A DNA stretch of 4,631 bases from the IMG/VR virus record IMGVR_UViG_2667527953_000022. The stretch is one strand, 5' to 3'. Position numbers and translations under genes: made by a program. Shown one piece after another: positions 1 through 4,631 of the stretch. The DNA is from a virus. Its lineage: Monodnaviria > Loebvirae > Hofneiviricota > Faserviricetes > Tubulavirales. Below the pieces are notes generated by a model. The model was given only the letters and a program-made list of their open reading frames with translations, was not told the DNA's origin and made no database searches. Position 1 is the first letter of the stretch. Each line of letters opens with the position of its first letter.

Positions 1-482
1 TGCCCGTTACCCGTATCAACCCAGACAACATCACCAAGAGAATATGAAAAGTCCTTAATTACCGGACGGGAAAGACAATTTTCTTCGGTAACCGGCTTAT
101 TATATTCAGGTGTCAAATCCCCCTCACCACCCTGAAAAGCAAGGGTGCAGGCTGTCCACTTTTGCTTGTCTGAATCCCAGACTTTATATGCTGACCACCG
201 GGCACGGACAAAAGACCCGACAGTCGAAGGTGCATTAACAGGCGTGGAAAGTGGCACACCACAATAATGAATTATTCCGGAACATGCGTCATAATTGCCC
301 GAACCACAGAAAAGATGACCGGCCGCCCTGGCTAATTTAATCGACGTCCCCGCGTCCGAATAATCTGTCCTGCAGGATGAATGGCCTGCACACTGAACAA
401 GTGCATCCGGATTTTCTTTCTCTTCAGCGAAAGAAAACGAGGAAAAGAACAAAAACAGAAGCGGAATAATAAAGTGAATCAA
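1..482 (-). CDS. Putative secreted Cys-rich minor coat / adsorption protein (g3p-like by position); N-terminal 160 codons only, 3' end beyond the left window edge
   Basis: Minus-strand frame is open for 160 codons from TTG at 482..480 to the window edge, checked triplet by triplet. AGGAG at 495..491 lies 8 nt upstream of the TTG. No in-frame ATG exists; the alternative GTG at 491..489 overlaps the SD. N-terminus LIHFIIPLLFLFFSSFSFA/EEK looks like a signal peptide, and the following ~140 aa contain 8 Cys. It sits directly after the coat gene and its terminator, where g3p lies in Ff-type phages. Absent from the ORF track because it runs off the edge. Confidence 0.5.
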   Translation of the reverse strand, partial: MIHFIIPLLFLFFSSFSFAEEKENPDALVQCAGHSSCRTDYSDAGTSIKLARAAGHLFCGSGNYDACSGIIHYCGVPLSTPVNAPSTVGSFVRARWSAYKVWDSDKQKWTACTLAFQGGEGDLTPEYNKPVTEENCLSRPVIKDFSYSLGDVVWVDTGNG

Positions 483-503
483 ACAAAACACTCCTGGTAT
501 GAT

Positions 504-527
504 TAAAAAAGCGCCCCGGAGGGCGCT
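504..527 (-). terminator. Rho-independent terminator downstream of the major coat gene
   Basis: Plus strand 510..527 is AGCGCCC-cgga-GGGCGCT, a 7-bp GC-rich stem with a 4-nt loop. On the minus strand the stem is followed by TTTTT (505..509). It lies 17 nt after the coat gene stop (543..545). On the plus strand no T-tract follows, so it is unidirectional. Confidence 0.7.
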
Positions 528-542
528 GTCATTAAATAACTA

Positions 543-803
<261 letters not shown>

Positions 804-809
804 TTAAAA

Positions 810-980
810 TTAATTAACAGCATCACTGAACATCCGGCAGACCAGAGTGAAAATAACACCAAGACCAAAGCCAAGAAGCCAGCAGACAATCCAGACATAA
901 AGAACGGACCAGTAAAGCTCCCCGTCCTGTACGCCAGAATTCAGTGCGGATAAAACACCGCTGAAATCAAATTCAGTCAT
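810..980 (-). CDS. Small hydrophobic protein, 56 aa (possible g9p-like minor coat protein)
   Basis: ATG at 980..978 overlaps the stop of the preceding ORF in the 8-mer ATGACTGA (980..973), suggesting translational coupling. One strongly hydrophobic segment (LYWSVLYVWIVCWLLGFGLGVIFTLV). No clear SD. Lies between the 141-aa gene and the coat gene, as g7/g9 do in Ff phages. The track lists it as 810..1013 from a GTG. Confidence 0.45.
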   Translation of the reverse strand: MTEFDFSGVLSALNSGVQDGELYWSVLYVWIVCWLLGFGLGVIFTLVCRMFSDAVN

Positions 981-1113
981 AATAACGCTGAACAGTAATG
1001 CTTTGTGAGTCACAGGCGCGAATCAGTTTTATTCCGATGCCAAAACCTGAAGAAAATAAAATCATTGCAGGCGCAGCAAATAAAACAAAGTTCAGAAAAT
1101 CAGCGTCAGACAT
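973..1113 (-). CDS. Small hydrophobic protein, 46 aa (possible g7p-like minor coat protein)
   Basis: ATG at 1113..1111 lies 4 nt after the TGA stop of the 141-aa gene (minus strand reads TGATGATATG). Weak AAAGG about 8 nt upstream. Hydrophobic core FLNFVLFAAPAMILFSSGFGIGI. The track alternative (973..1167, ATG at 1167, N-terminal MTVSRWVHCPQVKKKADD) would overlap the last 16 codons of the 141-aa gene and has no SD; the start is uncertain. Confidence 0.4.
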   Translation of the reverse strand: MSDADFLNFVLFAAPAMILFSSGFGIGIKLIRACDSQSITVQRYYD

Positions 1114-1117
1114 ATCA

Positions 1118-1543
1118 TCAGCCTTTTTCTTTACCTGCGGGCAGTGCACCCAGCGGCTGACCGTCAAAACGTTTCATGGAGCTGGAAATAAAACGATACC
1201 AGACACCATGACGTTCTGAGCCTGTCGCCCATGAGTTAACATCCACCGTGAGATAAACAGGTTTGCCCTGCAAATCAGGACATGAATTAAAAAATTTAAA
1301 ATCCTCCTCAGTACAGGAAAAGCGCTCATGCTCCTCACGGCGGACTTTTAATTTTCGGTCCTCATACGGATAGGCAATAACAATGGCATATTTGGGTTTA
1401 GCCTCAGGGTTATAATGAGAACCCGTGGGTTTTAACTCCTCATCATTTATGACAGTGACGTGAATAAAATATCCCGCCATTGTCATGCCTGAGGTAAAAC
1501 CCTCAGGGGAAGGAAACGGAAAACTGTCGTAAATTTGATTCAT
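1118..1543 (-). CDS. Hypothetical 141-aa protein; candidate ssDNA-binding protein by position (g5p / RstB slot)
   Basis: ATG at 1543..1541 with GAGGAG (1552..1557 on plus) 8 nt upstream, 28 nt after the Rep stop. No recognisable motif by eye. Function is inferred only from its position directly downstream of the replication initiator, and its size is similar to the ~144-aa Pf1 gene 5 protein (from memory). Confidence 0.6.
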   Translation of the reverse strand: MNQIYDSFPFPSPEGFTSGMTMAGYFIHVTVINDEELKPTGSHYNPEAKPKYAIVIAYPYEDRKLKVRREEHERFSCTEEDFKFFNSCPDLQGKPVYLTVDVNSWATGSERHGVWYRFISSSMKRFDGQPLGALPAGKEKG

Positions 1544-1573
1544 AAATCAGACTCCTCAATGTTAAAAATTCAG

Positions 1574-3815
<2,242 letters not shown>

Positions 3816-3848
3816 GACCTCATGTCCTCATGATGAAAGACAAAAAAG

Positions 3849-3877
3849 AACATACTCAAAAAACATCATGAACACAA
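3849..3877 (-). promoter_or_regulatory. Candidate sigma70 promoter for the orf82-rep operon
   Basis: On the minus strand: -35 TTGTGT (plus 3872..3877), 17-nt spacer, -10 TATGTT (plus 3849..3854), about 35 nt upstream of the orf82 ATG. A TCATGA palindrome (3866..3871) lies in the spacer. Prediction by eye only. Confidence 0.3.
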
Positions 3878-3883
3878 GATGTA

Positions 3884-3913
3884 TTAACAACATTTGCTCA
3901 AGTGCTCTAGAGT
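3884..3913 (+). promoter_or_regulatory. Candidate sigma70 promoter for the divergent regulator gene, overlapped by a 14-bp near-palindrome
   Basis: -35 TTAACA (3884..3889), 18-nt spacer, -10 TAGAGT (3908..3913). The near-palindrome GTGCTCTAGAGTAC (3902..3915, 6 of 7 pairs complementary) overlaps the -10. It is back-to-back with the minus-strand promoter. Weak match; by eye only. Confidence 0.25.
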
Positions 3914-3948
3914 ACATGATGGCTAAATACAAAAAAGGGGGCTAAATA

Positions 3949-4149
3949 ATGGCTGAAAAAAGAAAGAGTTATAACGTGCCAAACGAGAAGTATCTAAAGC
4001 TAGAAAGATTAGCTATTGATGCAAGTCAAAAGATAGGAAGGAGCATAAAATGGACCGAAGTACTGTCTTACATGATAGATCACTACGCAAAAGACGCAGC
4101 AATAGATATGGTAAGTCAGGAAGAACTTAAGAAAAAAAAGGCAATGTGA
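3949..4149 (+). CDS. Arc/Mnt-like ribbon-helix-helix transcriptional regulator, 66 aa (putative repressor)
   Basis: ATG at 3949 with AAGGGGG 7 nt upstream. Layout is a short N-terminal strand (KSYNV), helix A (NEKYLKLERLAIDASQKI), a G-R-S loop, then helix B (IKWTEVLSYMIDHY), matching the RHH fold and the N-G-R-S loop of Arc. Divergent from the rep operon, as repressors are in several inoviruses. AT-rich codon usage (ATA, AGG). Confidence 0.6.
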   Translation: MAEKRKSYNVPNEKYLKLERLAIDASQKIGRSIKWTEVLSYMIDHYAKDAAIDMVSQEELKKKKAM

Positions 4150-4212
4150 TCCCTTTCCCAACGTCAAACAAACAGGCCAGGAAAGATCAAAGGAAAAGTT
4201 AAACAAGGAAAT

Positions 4213-4368
4213 ATGCAGATAACCAGTGACTTAATCCTTGACCTGCTGATAAAGCATTTCGTTGTTGGCAGCATCACAGGCATGACAATATTCAGCCTGA
4301 TAACGCTTGTCCCACCGTTGGTGATGACCATACACAAAAAACTAAGTAAGGACACTGAAATCCTTTAA
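4213..4368 (+). CDS. Hypothetical 51-aa hydrophobic peptide (not in the supplied ORF track)
   Basis: ATG at 4213 with AAGGAA 2 to 5 nt upstream, TAA at 4366..4368. Translation: MQITSDLILDLLIKHFVVGSITGMTIFSLITLVPPLVMTIHKKLSKDTEIL, one predicted TM segment then a basic tail. Shares the ATA-rich codon bias of the adjacent regulator. Overlapped by antisense ORFs, so the coding strand is uncertain. Confidence 0.25.
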   Translation: MQITSDLILDLLIKHFVVGSITGMTIFSLITLVPPLVMTIHKKLSKDTEIL

Positions 4369-4374
4369 GGTTCA

Positions 4375-4466
4375 GTGCGCACAATGACGTTATGTATAAA
4401 AAGGCCGCTGCGGTGGAGAGTATCGCAGCGGCCTTTTCAACATAACGCGTGTCACATTGTGCGTAC
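4375..4466. other. Putative XerC/D-dependent attP: two inverted dif-like sites forming an imperfect 92-nt forked hairpin (CTXphi type)
   Basis: Site A (4375..4401) is GTGCGCACAATG-ACG-TTATGTATAAAA. The reverse complement of site B (4434..4466) is GTACGCACAATG-TGACACGCG-TTATGTTGAAAA. The left arms match 11 of 12 and the right arms 10 of 12, with central regions of 3 nt versus 9 nt. The arms resemble E. coli dif (GGTGCGCATAA / TTATGTTAAAT). No integrase is encoded in the window. Confidence 0.5.
4398..4437. terminator. Perfect 10-bp GC-rich hairpin flanked by A- and T-tracts; bidirectional rho-independent terminator and apex of the attP hairpin
   Basis: AAAAA (4398..4402), GGCCGCTGCG (4403..4412), 11-nt loop gtggagagtat, CGCAGCGGCC (4424..4433), TTTT (4434..4437). 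The T-tract follows the stem on both strands. It lies between the plus-strand regulator unit and the minus-strand ORF ending at 4487. Confidence 0.55.
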
Positions 4467-4486
4467 TATTATTGTTATTCACTGTG

Positions 4487-4631
4487 TTAACGAATAAATA
4501 ATGTAATTCCTGACGGATTTTTACAAATAGTACTGATTTCTTTTATATCAGTGTTACTACCTTCTACACTTTGACCCGAACCATTTGCTTGTTTGGCAAG
4601 AATGGAATCACCAAAATTTTTTGAAATAACG
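4487..4631 (-). CDS. C-terminal 47 codons of a minus-strand ORF entering from the right edge (unknown product)
   Basis: Minus-strand frame open from the window edge to TAA at 4489..4487; C-terminus ...KNPSGITLFIR. The other two minus frames stop within about 25 codons. It ends 20 nt before the attP/terminator hairpin. Short, in AT-rich sequence, so only weakly supported. Confidence 0.3.
   Translation of the reverse strand, partial: VISKNFGDSILAKQANGSGQSVEGSNTDIKEISTICKNPSGITLFIR

Noticed and set aside
998-1219. Plus-strand 73-aa ORF
   Set aside because: Antisense to the small hydrophobic genes and the end of the 141-aa gene; no SD.
4009-4206. Minus-strand 65-aa ORF
   Set aside because: Antisense to the RHH regulator gene, which has a good SD and a recognisable fold pattern.
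4164-4355. Minus-strand 63-aa ORF (GTG start, AAGGA upstream)
   Set aside because: Competes with the plus-strand 51-aa ORF. Rejected only weakly: it would be transcribed after the terminator hairpin with no obvious promoter, and the plus-strand ORF matches the regulator's codon bias.
4375-4401. Site A as an integrated-prophage hybrid junction with E. coli dif
   Set aside because: Neither arm is an exact match to E. coli dif, so I could not call it a host-phage hybrid site. The host is unknown, so this stays open; the adjacent inverted pair is compatible with both the free and the integrated form.

Overview
The window reads as most of a filamentous-phage (inovirus)-type element that appears to integrate by hijacking host XerC/D. 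All calls rest on reading the sequence and ORF track by eye; no database search or folding program was run, so family assignments are motif- and synteny-based. On the minus strand there is one co-directional operon: an 82-aa ORF, a 666-aa rolling-circle replication initiator (phage P2 gpA / phiX174 A family), a 141-aa protein, two small hydrophobic proteins, a signal-peptide major coat protein, a rho-independent terminator, and the start of a secreted Cys-rich protein that runs off the left edge. Divergently, on the plus strand, sits a 66-aa Arc-like ribbon-helix-helix regulator and a possible 51-aa membrane peptide. The most interesting feature is at 4375..4466: two inverted dif-like sites with conserved arms and unequal central regions (3 nt vs 9 nt) flanking a perfect 10-bp hairpin, the architecture of a CTXphi-type forked-hairpin attP. 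No integrase, tRNA, rRNA, CRISPR array or IS element was seen. The layout resembles described dif-integrating enterobacterial inoviruses (CUS-1 / Ypf-phi class, from memory), so novelty cannot be established here.
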